From Octopus sinensis (taxonomy: Eukaryota): a stretch of DNA of 64,000 nucleotides. A model generated the notes under the pieces. It did not search any database. It was not told the origin of the DNA and saw only the letters and a list, made by a program, of their open reading frames with translations. Where the stretch lies: the NCBI RefSeq assembly GCF_006345805.1, contig NC_042997.1, forward strand, positions 189,720,001 through 189,784,000, given 5' to 3'. The position numbers were made by a program, and so were the translations under genes. Below, piece by piece: positions 13,297 to 26,278 of the stretch (position 1 is its first letter; the number at the start of each line of letters is the position of its first letter).

Positions 13297-13789
13297 ACTC
13301 ATAATGATAACCAACCTTGATAACAAGCAAATCTGAAATTCAGCGAACTCACCATTTTGTATTTAAAGTTAAAACTTCTCAGACAATTATGTAATCTTTT
13401 AATTTCCTCCCGAATCACAATAGAACTAAAGACGCTGATGATAAACAAGCTTAACTGTTAAATAATAACAAACTATAATTGCTAAATTGATAGTTAAGGA
13501 AATTCTTAATTGACGACGCGTCTGACATACGTACAGGCATTTACGCACCCATTAATACACACATACACAGAACTAATAAAAACAAAGCCTGCTCGTATTT
13601 TACGTATTTGAGCTTGTTTTTTGCTTGCCTAGGTCTGAAAGAATATCTGTAGAGATATGGAGCTAACACGAAAGAAACTGCTGTGATAATGATTTGAAAT
13701 TGAAATCCTTAACTTGTTGATATTTGCTGCCATGTTTCTGAGAAATTTATTATTCGCAGCATACGGCTCCGTTGATAAAATTTATATTC

Positions 13790-14599
13790 TTTTATTCTTT
13801 TCTACTCTAGGCAAAAGGCCCGAAATTTTGGGGGAGGAGGGGGGGCAATCGATTAGATCGACCCCAGGACGCAACTGGTACTTAGTTTATCGAGCCCGAA
13901 AGGATAAAAGGCAAAGGCGACCCCGGGGGAATTTGAACTCAGAACGTAGAGACAGACGAAATACCTATTTCTTTACTACCCACAAGGAGCTACATACAGA
14001 GGGGACAAACAAAGATAGACAAACGGATTAAGTCGATTATATCGACCCCAGTGCGTAACTGGTACTTAATTTATCAACCCTGAAAGGATGAAAGGCAAAG
14101 TCGACCTCGGCGGAATTTGAACTCAGAACATAACGGCAGACGAAATACGGCTACGCATTTCGGCCGGCGTGCTAACGTTTCTTATTTCTTTACAGCCCAC
14201 AAGGGGCTACACACAGAGGGGACAAACAAGGACAGACAAACGGATTAAGTCGATTATATCGACCCCAGTACGTAACTAGTACTTACTTAATCGACCCCGA
14301 AAGTATGAAAGGTAAAGTCGACCTCGGCAGAATTTGAACTCAGAACGTAGCGGCAGACGAAAGACCTATTTCTTTATTACCCACAAGGGGCTAAACACAG
14401 AGGGGACAAACAAGGACAGACATAGGTATTAAGTCGATTACATCGACCCCAGTGCGTAACTGGTACTTAATTAATCGACCCCGAAAGGATGAAAGGAAAA
14501 GTCGACCGCGGCGGAATTTGAACTCAGAACGTAACGGCAGACGAAATACCGCTAAGGATTTCGCCTGGCGTGCTAACGTTTCTGCTAGCTCGTCACCTT
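13790..14599 (-). mobile_element. SINE family B tandem tetramer
   Basis: Four head-to-tail bodies each containing cgaccccgaaaggatgaaaggcaaagtcgacc; full head only at 14599. Confidence 0.9.
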
Positions 14600-15812
14600 C
14601 GACCAACACAGTTCCTATTCATGAAATTAACCTGAAAGCGTCTAAGTATCCCACAGATACATGTACACCTATGGAAATTATCGGACCGAGTCAGTCAGAC
14701 ACAACCTGAGAGAAAGAAAGAGAAGAAACAAATCGAGTATCGGTATTTCTTTTATTGTTCCCGAAAGGATGAAAGGCAAAGCTGACATCGGCATGATTTG
14801 AACTCAGAGCTCAGAAAGCCGATAGAAATACCGCAACGATGTAACGATTCTGCTAATTCGGTACTTTTTTAAACAAAAGTATGGAAGACACAATAGTGCT
14901 GTTATGTTTTTAATTCGGGAAAGAAATGTAAGTATAACGGAATAGATACTGTTTGATGATTAAATTATAAAACTGCAATCTAAAGTTTTTAATTCAACCA
15001 CGAAAATCTATTGAGTACGATCTTATCGGTGTGAAAGTGTTTAAGAGGAGCTTTGTGACAGTTAATTGTTTTATTTTATGCGTGACAGGCACTACAGAAT
15101 TAGCAACCGGTCCACCTCAAGGGATCACTTTCGAGATAGACCTAATTACACTTACCTTCAGATTAGTAAATCTCTTGTGAAACATATGAACATAAAATAT
15201 TCCCATATGGCCCTTTCCGAAAATTTAACGCCTTTATGGTCTGCCAATATTGTGTTCAAATATATATTTTAAAATAAACAAGGGAAGATAGTCGAGACAT
15301 TTAGGCACTGTACTAAACACTTTCCATTAATAATTTTCATTATACACGGTCTTGAGTTCAAAAAATTTCGTTACTGATTTTACCTTTCATCATTCTAAGA
15401 GCGATCAAATATTTATCATTTAGTCGATAATAAATGCCCCATTGCAACCTTTTTCTGGTTTCTTATTAAATGAAATCAATAATTCAAGCAGTGTTACGTC
15501 CCTTTGCATTCGGTGTTCATATTCTGCTGAAACTAACTGCCTTCATTTCTTCAGTGTCGATAAGATATGATATTCTACTTCATGGTCACCCCATCTTTAA
15601 TTTTCAGGTATAGTGTATGCATTATCACGTTATCCATTGTATTCTTTTTGTGATTCGGATGCATGCAGAACAACTATGAAGAGGATACGTTATAAGATAA
15701 TTATATTTCTGTTGTCTATACTATAATAAAGAAAGCTGCTTATGCATTTCTTTGGAGTATGTAGCTTTTATTTTCAAAGTTTACAGTGTCTAGAAAATAC
15801 TTTAAAATTCTA

Positions 15813-15848
<36 letters not shown>

Positions 15849-15963
15849 AGTAGGTACTGTAAATATAGGGTGAATACTTGATAAGTGTAAGCACCTATAT
15901 ATGCCAGATAGTGGCAGAGGTGACAGAGAATAATATCAAATAAAATTAAGAACAGAACACAAA

Positions 15964-15998
<35 letters not shown>

Positions 15999-16082
15999 TG
16001 TCTGTATGTATGTATGCATGTATGTATGTATGTATGTATGTATGTATGTATGTATGTATGTATGTATGTACATTGCGGAACT

Positions 16083-16450
16083 GTATTTCGTCTGCCGTTA
16101 CGTTCTGAGTTCAAATTCCGCCGAGGTCGATTTTGCCTTTCATCCTTTCGGGGTCGTTAAATTAAGTACCAGTTACGCACTAGGGTCGATGTAATCGACT
16201 TAATCCCATTGTCTGTCCTTGTTTGTCCCCTCTGTGTTTAGCCCCTTGTGGGTAATAAAGAAATATGTATTTCGTCTGCCGTTACGTTCTGAGTTCAAAT
16301 TCCGCCGAGGTTGACTTTGCCTTTCATCCTTTCGGGGTCGATTAAATAAGTACCAGTTACGCATAGGGGTCGATGTAATCGACTTAATCCCATTGTCTGT
16401 CCTTGTTTGTCCCCTCTGTGTTTAGCCCCTTGTGGGTAGTAAAGAAATAT
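16083..16450 (+). mobile_element. SINE family B headless dimer
   Basis: Two units starting gtatttcgtctgccgttacgttctgagttcaaattcc and ending taaagaaatat. Confidence 0.9.
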
Positions 16451-17189
16451 TTTAATGAGTTATATCTATTTATCACCTGAAGAGACACATCTGCACCGTC
16501 GGATGCTTCTGAACCAGTTAAGTATCTCATCTGTGAGAGATCGATGTTAATTGTGTCGAAACAATTGTCATGATTAATAAAAAAATTCTTGTATCTTCCA
16601 TCTTCCGTCTTTCATTTACTATACACGCACGCACACACACACGCGCCGGCACAGACACACACCAGAATGTTGATTTGAAGATCCTTTTTTTTATTGAAAT
16701 TGCAACCCAGAAACATAATTTTAATTCGCTGCGAGTTACAGTTTTTCGACCTCTAGAAAAGATAAGGGTTGCCCACATAATTCAAACGCTACTTTCTATA
16801 GACTTGTCACTAAAAAACGTTTCTCCAAATTATAAGTGTAATCTAGCGTCATCGAAAGTCATGTTGGTTCTATTATTCTTTCATATTTGTTAGGTGTTCT
16901 TAAAGAAACAGAAATCTGAAGAGGGAACGGTATATTAACTTACGTCAGTTGTACCAAATATAAACTTGTTTCATGTTTTCTTGTAACTAAAGTCTTTGAT
17001 TGTTCTGCTCGATGTTTTTGTTTAAAAAAAAATAGTCATTATAGGAAACTGTTACAGTACACAATAAGGACTAAAACATGAAAGCCGTTATATATTTCCG
17101 ACAGTTAATTCTGATATTGTTATCGTAGTTCATATGATGAACGGGAAGAAAAAAAATATCATTTGCTATCTCTGCTCATCTGTTTCGAT

Positions 17190-17400
17190 TAGGGAGCAAA
17201 TATTTAAGAAAAAGCGGATGTGGATTGGTAGCACAATTAGAAAAGATACACCAAATGTAGCGAAAAGTATTTACAGTGGAAACCGGATGGATATAGAAAG
17301 AGAGGTAGGCCTAAAAACTTGTGGCGTAGATCAACACAAAAGGAACTTGAAAAAGGGGGACATTGATGGCAGAGTATAAGTATAGAAGCCAAAAATTAAG
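17190..17400 (+). mobile_element. Old RTE LINE 3' ORF fragment
   Basis: With frameshifts reads KKRMWIGSTIRK...WKPDGYRKRGRPKNLWRR, the typical RTE C-terminal RW.GH..R / RxRGRP motifs. Confidence 0.65.
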
Positions 17401-17713
17401 CGACATGGAATTCAACTATAAGTGGCCTATACTCTGTGTTGGAGGGTTAAAGGCATAAAGAAAGAATCTCTGCTCATCTGTACTGGTCTGTTGATATAGG
17501 TGAGTACCGTAAATCCTCGAGTATCGTCCGCCCTTGAGTATAATGCGCAGGGGATTTTTAGAGGGCTGTACCTCTGAAAACCCAAACCTTGTGTATAATA
17601 CGCACCCCTTTTCTAACTTGAGTCGTGCGTAATTAAGCCAGCAGCACCTAGTCGAACAAACACTACCGCGCATGCGTAATACAATAATGGTGATATTCTT
17701 AACTGTTATATGG

Positions 17714-20700
17714 CTTGTGTCAGGTCTCCGCTTGGAGCTACTGGTAACATGTAACCCAGTACAACCTGTTACATGGTCGGGTCGTTGGCGACTAAACTGG
17801 CAACCCCACCAAGATTTCTTAGGAACTCTCTCATGAGTCAATGGCCATCCAAAATCCGGAGTGGAGCCCCTAAGGCGGTTGGATTGCGCCATGCGTGCCA
17901 CCTTCCGGCAGCTCCTGCATCTTGGTCTACCCCCAGTCGTCTTGACTTTGTCTTGCCACTGGATCCGGCGCACCAGGACGAGAGAGTGAGGCTGATCCTG
18001 CGCAAGTCACCCTCACTATAATCCAAGTCACGCGCATGTCACGACATCATGACGCCATGACACCATCCCAAAGTCCTGTGGCGATGGGGAAACGGCGAAG
18101 TAGCAGGTGAGGATACACTGGGAGCTGCAGTCGTGAACCCACACACAGGCGGCTCAGGACATGTGGTCGCCCCTCACTGAACTGAGGCAGCAGTGGAGTC
18201 CGGCAGCCTCCTGAGTGACCGAGCAGCCCTCTTCAGGATCGCTCTGCTCGCCTCCCCAGCATGAGGACGGGGCTAGAAAAGGTTGCCCTAAACATAGCCT
18301 GCCTCACCTCACCCTGGTCAGCAAACCGCGGCTGGCGGGGATCCTTTCCAAGCGGTCGAAACAAAGAAAGAAGAAAACAAACAAAGGTGCTCACTTTCGC
18401 AACTTGGAACGTGAGAACTCTGCTTGACAACACCAAAGCGGACAGACCAGAGAGACGAACTGCCCTGGTGGCCAGAGAACTGAGCCGATACAGTGTCGAT
18501 ATTGCAGCACTGAGCGAGACCCGCCTTGCGGACAAAGGCCAGCTGACAGAGACAGGCGGCGGCTACACTTTCTTTTGGAGTGGTCGCAGCAGCGAAGAGC
18601 GTCGTGAGGCTGGTGTTGGTTTTGCCATTAAGTCAGTACACGTGCGGAAACTGGAAAGCCCCCCCGAGGGTATCAACGATCGGCTGATGAAGATGCAGCT
18701 CCCACTTGGAAACAAGACTAGTGCGACCATCATCAGTGCTTACGCCCCCACCATGACCAACCCTGAAGAAGTTAAGGACAGGTTCTATGAGGAACTCGAC
18801 TCCCTCATCACGTCAGCCCAGCCTGGGAAGCTCATCCTCCTTGGGGATTTTAACGCCCGTGTCGGGACTGACCACCAAGCCTGGCATCGCGTACTGGGAA
18901 AGCAAGGAATCGGAAAGTGCAACAGCAACGGACAGCTCCTCCTGCGTGCGTGTGCCTCTCATGATCTTACCATCGCCAACACCTTGTTCCGTCTGCCAAC
19001 ACGCAACAAGACATCATGGATGCATCCACGCTCCAAACACTGGCATCTGATAGATTACGTCATCGTCAGGGCGAAAGACAGGCGGGACGTGAGACTGGTC
19101 AAAGCCATGTGCGGAGCTGACTGCTGGACGGACCATCGCCTCATCATCTCCAGGATGGATTTCTACATCCGACCTAAGAGAAGACCACAGGGTCAGAAAG
19201 TGACGAGGAAGCTTAACATCACGAAATTAAGGAACCAGCTGACTGCACAAGATCTCCAGTCACGTATGGACAGTAAGCTGTTGGACATTCGGAGTGACCA
19301 GTCCAGCATCGATGAGCAGTGGGAATCATTCAGGGACACGGTTCATTCCATCGCCCTTGAAACTCTGGGCCAAATTACGAGGAACCACCAGGACTGGTTC
19401 GACGAAAACGACCAGGAAATCCAAAAGCTCCTGGAAGAGAAACGCCGTCTGCTGCGGGCTCACCAAAATGACACCACCTGCACGGCAAAGAAGGCCGCTT
19501 TCAACAACATTCGCAGCACAGTCCAGGCTAAACTCCGCCTCATGCAAGATGCATGGTTAAGCGCCAAGGCGGATGAGATTCAGGGATACGCAGACAAACA
19601 CGACACCAAGAAATTCTACGAGGCGCTGAAAGCTGTCTATGGACCGCAGTTCTCCTTTGGATCAACCCCCCTGCTCAGCTCAGATGGAACCTCACTCCTG
19701 ACTAACAAGAGGCTGATCCTGGAGAGATGGGCGGAGCACTTCAACATCGTGCTCAACCGACCAGCCCAGATCAACGAGGAAGCCATCGCACGTCTCCCCC
19801 AGGTGCCGACAAACCACGAGTTGGCTGTTCCCCCTGCAGTCGGGGAAGTGAGCAGAGCCATCAAAAAAATGTCCACCGGCAAAGCTCCAGGCTCTGACGC
19901 CATCCCTGCAGAGGTGTTCAAGTCGGGAGGCCCCACCATGATCAGTCAGCTCACCAGCCTGTTCCAGTCGATGTGGGACAGGAAACAACTCCCTCAAGAT
20001 TTCCGGGATGCAACAATCGTCCACATTTATAAGCGGAAAGGAGATCGGCAGTCCTGCGACAACCACCGAGGTATTTCCCTCTTGTCCATAGCAGGCAAGA
20101 TCCTGGCCCGGGTCCTGCTTGACCGCCTTCTGGAACACTTGGAGCAAGGCCTTCTCCCTGAGAGCCAGTGTGGCTTCCGTGCGGGTCGAGGGACCACTGA
20201 CATGATATTCGCCGCCCGCCAGCTCCAGGAGAAATGCATGGAGCAGCACCTTGACCTCTGCATGACCTTTGTTGACCTCACCAAGGCCTTTGATACAGTC
20301 AGTCGGGAGGGACTATGGAAGGTCATGGGAAAATTTGGTTGCCCCAGCAAATTTATTGCAATTGTCCGCCAGTTCCACGACGGAATGACAGCCAGAATCC
20401 TTGAGGACGGCGACTCATCTGAAGCCTTCCAGGTGACCAACGGAGTCAGGCAGGGCTGTGTCCTGGCCCCAACACTGTTCAGCATCATGTTCTCGGCAAT
20501 GATGTCCGACGCCTTTAGGGACTGCAAGTCCGGTATCAACATCAAGTACAGGACAGACGGGAAACTTTTCAACTCCAGGAGATTGCAGGCTGTCACAAAG
20601 GTGAGGGAGACAGTCGTCAGAGACTTTCTCTTGCTGACGACTGCGCCCTTAATGCAATCGATGAGCAGGAGATGCAGCTCGAGATGGACAGGTTCTCATC

Positions 20701-21634
20701 AGCCTGTGACAACTTCGGTCTCACCATCAGTGCAAAGAAAACCGAAGTGATGTTTCAGCCAGCCCCCGGCAAACAATACCATGAGCCTCAGATAAGGGTG
20801 AACGGACGGATCTTACGAGTGGTGGAAAACTTCACCTACCTGGGCAGCACTCTCTCCTGCAATGCCAACATAGATGCTGAAACCATCAACAGAATCTCCA
20901 AGGCAAGCAGCGCGTTTGGGAGACTGCGAAAGAAAGTCTGGGAGCGGAGAGGAATCAGCCTCAACACCAAGCTGAAAGTCTACCGGGCAGTCGTGCTTAC
21001 CACTCTACTATACGGCTGCGAAACGTGGACTGCTTACCGAAGGCACGAGCGCCAGATAAACCACTTCCATCTCAGGTGTCTTCGGAATCTCCTTCACATC
21101 CGCTGGCAGGACAAAGTCCCAGACACGGAAGTTCTGAAGCAGGCAGATCTCCCTAGCACCATCACAATCATGCGCAAGGCCCAGCTGAGATGGGCGGGCC
21201 ACGTCTCCCGCATGTCCGACACTCGCATCCCAAAACAGCTCTTCTACGGTGAACTCGGCCAGGGCAGGCGCAAAGTCGGAGGGCAGAAAAAGCGCTACAA
21301 GGATAGTCTCAAGGTCTCTCTCAAAGACTTCTCCATCGGAACAGGGACCTGGGAGACACTTGCTGCCAACCGCTCATCCTGGCGCAGCGCAATCACCGTG
21401 GGAGCAGGGACAGCCGAGGAGGGACGGATTCGGTCAGCGGAGCAGAAACGTCAGATGCGTAAAGTCAGAGCCGCCTGCACCAGTAGCACTGCCCCTACCC
21501 ACTTCTGCCCCACCTGTGGGAGGGGCTTCCTTGCCCGGATTGGCCTCACCAGCCACCTCCGGTCTCATGGCGGCAGTTCCATCAGATGATGTCAGTTGGT
21601 CATCTTCGAACCGAAGGACGAACATTATTATTAT
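17714..21634 (+). mobile_element. Full-length RTE-clade non-LTR retrotransposon (~3.9 kb)
   Basis: GC-rich island with 5' UTR, APE-RT ORF, 3' hairpin cttcg-aac-cgaag, (ATT)n tail, and candidate TSD TATGG (17709-17713 / 21635-21639). Confidence 0.95.
18261..21589 (+). CDS. RTE APE endonuclease-reverse transcriptase polyprotein, split by one 1-bp deletion at 20631-20632 (1109 aa if repaired)
   Basis: APE motifs TWNVRTL, LSETR, SAYAPT, GDFNARVG, IDY, TDH. RT motifs QCGFR, FVDLTKAFD, GVRQGCVLAP; ctc-tt-gct-gac-gac = L[F]ADD missing one T. C-terminal C2H2 CPTCGRGF..RIGLTSHLRSH. Confidence 0.92.
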
Positions 21635-24062
21635 TATGGGAATGTAAATATGTTTGTAAATTGTTTTCGTTACATGTTATTCTGTGTTCTGAATACTTTT
21701 ATTTTGATAAATGTTGCTTACTGCAAGTTATGGATGATTCTTTTATAACTTCATTACGTTCAGGTATTTTCGCGCCCGACATCACAGAATGCGTCAGAAC
21801 AAACATTGCCGGACAGCAAATAGAGACTCAGACATTGCTTAAAAAATACTTTTCATTTTCAAACCTCGTATATAGTACGCACTAGGGATTTTAACCTTTA
21901 CATTTTGGGAAAGATTTACGGTAATGCTAAAATGTACAGATATGTATATGTCGACGACACAATTAATGCAGAGGAAATAATAAGTACTGTGGAAGGAATA
22001 AAGGATACAAAAAAATTAGACAACAAATCAGAAAAGTTACAGAAATTCAGAATCAAAACTGTAAATATTATTTAGCGAATAACTGAAAACCGCTTCCCGG
22101 CAATGTTTCTTCTTGTATTGGTAATTAATTTATCAAAGGTAAATTCAAACGCTGTCAGGGTCAATTTTATCTTTTATAACTCTCCTAAAATATGTGATCT
22201 TGTCCCAAAAACAAAAATCAGTAGTGGGATTACGTATATATTCATTCTTTCTTTAGCTCTACTCTAATTTTTCGGAAATTGTTGTATTAAGCAATTCAGT
22301 ACCAGCTATGTTATATTAGGGCTGTAGATAGGCAGAATCACTTGAACGTATGAAAAGAATATCACGTGGTGTCTGCCCCAGCTCTTTTTGTTCTGAGTTT
22401 AAATGCGGTCAGGATCAACGATGTCCGTCGTCCTTTCAATAAAATTTGTACGTATTTCTTTACTACCCACAAGGGGATCTTGAGATCGATTCAATCGACT
22501 AAATTCCTACACTCCACTTTAAAAAAAATGTGGCCGTGTTTCTATATTAGAAATTATACGAACTGGTTGTATCCGCTATTGTTATAAATATTGCTTGATA
22601 TGAAAACCTAAGCGTATAATTTAATGTCAGAGGAAACGTTCACCATTCAGATTGTATGCTTATGTGATTAGCATGCTTGTGTAACTTGCATGCTTATGTG
22701 TTTGGCATGCTTATGTGGTTGGTATTCCTTAGTAAAAATAGCAGAGCGACAAATTATATTTTAATAAATAACGCGTAACTTCTACAAATAAACTCTAAAA
22801 CTATACTGAAACCTATTAAATTTCTCGGTTGGCGATAAAGGTTTTCTGCTATTAAGTTGGTAGGTGTTGCAGAAAATTCCTGATGACTTAAGAGCAGTGT
22901 GGAGAGTAGGAGAGGGATGAACTAAAAAAATGTTATCGGACTCCTAAATCGAAGCAATGATTATTTCCATTCGGGCACATGGTGTAATATCCAATAGTTA
23001 GGACATTTTACTCTCAGGGTTTTAACGCTAATTAGCTGTGTTTGGGGAGTAGAGTATATTTAAATACTGTAAGCGGCAGAAAACTACGATTTTTTTTCTA
23101 TTTATAGCAGGAGCCCTAAAATTTTGAGATAGGTGGTGACTAGTCGTTTTCACCGACTCCGAAAAGATGAAAGGAAAAGACGTCCTCGGCGGAATTTGAA
23201 CTCAGAACATAAAACCGGAAGAAAGGCCGCTAAGCACTTTATTCTGTGTGCTAACGGTTCTACCAGCTCGCCGCCTTGGGACACTGTACAACTCAGTAAA
23301 TTTCTTCCACCCTGTTGTACTGTGATCATCTGTTATCAATTTGTAATGAGTTACGTAATGAAGCGCTCTTAGCATCCTTGTATCGGTTGGATATGAAAAA
23401 GGAAATATGCAAGCACTGCAAATAATGCACAGAGATTGTTGCGATAAGTTTAAATTCTAATGCTAATTAGGAAAACTGATAAGTTTTCTCCTCGGTACTT
23501 AGCCTCATAGTCAATACTCAATTTCAACAGCTTCGACCAGCCTGGCTCAGGGATACACGCCACTTAATGATAGGGTTCAGGTTATAGCCTATGTAGGGAA
23601 AAACTCACCAGATCCTATTATACGAGTCGATATTCCCATCTTTTAAAAGACAAGACGAAAGGTTGTCCTTCAATGAACGATAAAATGACGTACATACTTT
23701 TATAAAAAACTTATCTTACGCAATTAAGATAAATACTGCTAAAACGGCAAGCCTCTTACATTTTTCTGCTTGACATTTCGTAATTTCTGATTAAAGTTAT
23801 TACTTCAGAAGAGGGCTAAATTGCAGATATGACATTTACACCTTCCAGAAGACGGAATAGTGACATAAGTGGGGAATCCAAACTTGGTTAACTACCCAGT
23901 TTGTGGGAAATATACCACGGCTCCACTATTTCACACGCATTTAAATAATTACATACAGACACATATATGCATATTTACTTACATACATATGTACGTGCGT
24001 ACTATTATGTAGCCATAAATATAATATAAATATGTATATACTTACATACATGCGAGTGTGTG

Positions 24063-24099
<37 letters not shown>

Positions 24100-24119
24100 G
24101 TATGTGTTTATATATGTAT

Positions 24120-24505
24120 AGGCGTAGGAGGGCTGTGTGGTAAGTAGCTTGCTTACCAGCCACATGGTTCCGGGTTCAGTCCCACTGCGTGGCATCTTGG
24201 GCAAGTGTTTTCTACTATAGCCTCGGGCCGACCAAAGCCTTGTGAGTGGATTTGGTGAACGGAAACTGAAAGAAGCCCGTATATATATGTATGTGTGTGT
24301 ATGTGTTTGTGTTTGTCCCTCCAACATCGCTTGACAACCGATGATGGTGTGTTTACGTCCCCGTAACTTAGCGGTTCGGCAAAAGAGACCGATAGAATAA
24401 GTACTAGACTTACAAAGAATAAGTCCTGGGGGCGATTTGCTCGACTAAAGGCGGTGCTCCAGCATGGCCTTTAGTCGGATAACTGAAACAAGTAAAAGAG
24501 TGAAA
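24120..24505 (+). mobile_element. SINE family A, full length
   Basis: Same head, CORE-like block, (TG)n and tail as 12621. Confidence 0.92.
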
Positions 24506-24890
24506 GATATATATATATATATATATATACATGTTTATAAATACATGCAGGCATACAATTATGCAGACACACACGCACATATATATATACACATATACAA
24601 CATATACAATGGAGGGTTGACAGGGACTTCGAAGTTTTGGCATGCTGGCTTTCATCTGACAGTTTGATGGAAGACGAACAAACAGAAACTTTGAAGTCGC
24701 TGTGAGCATTGTACTTGTAAAAGTTAAAATATTTACTCCATTAAAAAGTATAGGGAATCTTACAGTTTAACATTAAATTGCTTTTATATAAACGTGACTT
24801 AAAAGCACATATTAATAGGTGTATATACATACATACATGCATACATACATACATACATACATACATACATACATACATACATACATACAT

Positions 24891-25913
24891 AGAAAAGCAC
24901 GCTATTGATTTTGTTGAAATTGCAATGATGGAGACTTGGATCCAGGTTAGAAACCAGCTCTTCCTCTATTGGCAAGAAATAAAACTGAATAACGACATAC
25001 ATACATACATATATACCTACATACATACATACATACATACAAAAGTACCCTATTAATGTTGTTGAAATTCCAGTGAAGGAGACTTGGATCTAGGTTAGAA
25101 ACCAGCTCCTCATCTATTGATAAGAAATCTTGAAATAAAACTGAATAACGGCATACATACATACAAACATACATACATACATACATACATGGTGGCTGTC
25201 CCCTCGTCATCGAGTATGGCCATTGCACGAAGCTTAATCAATCTTGTTATCGTGCAATGCCTGTGCAAGAAGATTTTTTTTAAAGTGAGGAAAGGTTGTG
25301 CACTGAGTCAATCGCACTCACTAAGCAACAGCAGCCATAATCCGAAAAGAAGAACAAGTCAACATCATCGGTAATCACTGAGCAGCAGGTTTTATGTCGG
25401 AGTTATCCCAATTACCTGAGTTACCTTCTCTTAGAAGGATGCCCGAACAAAGGCTAGGAGTCCTTCACTCCCAATGGTTTAACAGCGCGATCGGGTATTC
25501 AGTCCGATTATTTCTATGTTCCCGCGCATGATACAGCCTTAAGACATTTATTGGATGGCCGTTGACTCTCAAGAGTTCCTCCGCCCTTTGACCAGTTTTG
25601 TCTTTCATCCCGCAGGGTGTCCAATAAACACCCTCCTCATCAAGCAAGCTTGGTGGGGTTGCTGGTTTAGTCGCCGACGACCCGACCATGCAACAGGTTG
25701 TACTGGGTTACATGTTACCAGTAGCACTCGAAAGTGACCTGACATAACATACATACATACATACATACATACATACATACATACATGCATACATACATAC
25801 ATACATACATACATACATACATACATACAAAAGTACCCTATTGATGTTGTTGAAATTCCAATGAAGGAGACTTGGATCTAGGTTAGTAACCGGCTCTACC
25901 TCTGAATAATGAC
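24891..25913 (+). repeat. Array of three ~110-bp units separated by (TACA)n; 3' termini of an R4-type retroelement
   Basis: Units at 24891-24996, 25041-25152 and 25829-25913 share ttgttgaaatt..a.tga.ggagacttggatc.aggttag and end ctgaataa(c/t)g(a/g)c followed by atac repeats. Confidence 0.85.
25191..25743 (-). mobile_element. Non-autonomous bipartite RTE-derived element (553 bp) inserted in (TACA)n
   Basis: 5' ~100 nt nearly identical to LINE 17720-17813; second shared block aggaactct...gagtcaa.ggccatccaa; 3' hairpin ctcg-atga-cgag followed by ggac, like the LINE 3' end; no RT. Confidence 0.8.
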
Positions 25914-25933
25914 ATACACACATACATACATAC

Positions 25934-26190
25934 TCGTGGAACACCTCAATAAAAACGTTAATTCGGTGTAAACATAACAGACCAGATATTGTTCTGGCAA
26001 AGCGAACAAAAGTCAAGCACTGTTGTAGAGGTCAGCTGCCCAACGGATTTGAATGTGCAATAAAAAAACAATTCAAGAAAAAGAAAACAGTTACGGCGAA
26101 TTAATGCGGAACTTACAGCTCCTGTACCGTGACTATGAATTCTCATTTGTACCTAACTTCATAGTTGCATTAAGTTATGTACCAAACGTA
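25934..26190 (+). mobile_element. R4/Dong-type restriction-like endonuclease (RLE) fragment
   Basis: With frameshifts reads WNTSIKT..RCKHNRPDIV.W....STVVEVSCPTDLNV...EKENSYGELMRNLQLLY, a PD-(D/E)xK-type RLE pattern. Confidence 0.8.
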
Positions 26191-26278
26191 AACGAATAAC
26201 CGGAGATCGTAAATACTTGTTTAACAGTCTATTTATCTATCTACATATTTATTTGTTTATTTAGTTATTTATTTATTA

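Larger units (their letters stand above)
17505..21923. mobile_element. pogo/Tigger-like MITE interrupted by the RTE LINE
   Basis: Left end TACCGTAAATC (17505) and right end GATTTACGGTA (21913-21923) are inverted repeats with terminal TA; the LINE lies between them. Confidence 0.7.

Noticed and set aside
17720-17800. Assignment of the RTE leader as a canonical twister or HDV-like ribozyme
   Set aside because: Partial matches only: the twister T1 pairing is absent, and the HDV P3/L3/P1 spacing does not fit. Kept only as an unclassified structured leader.
19326-21647. Antisense ORFs within the RTE
   Set aside because: Expected shadow ORFs of a GC-rich coding strand; no independent motifs.
24891-25913. 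CRISPR-like alternation of conserved repeat and spacer
   Set aside because: The spacers are microsatellite, the repeats are ~110 bp and linked to R4 RLE relics, the DNA is eukaryotic, and there are no cas genes.
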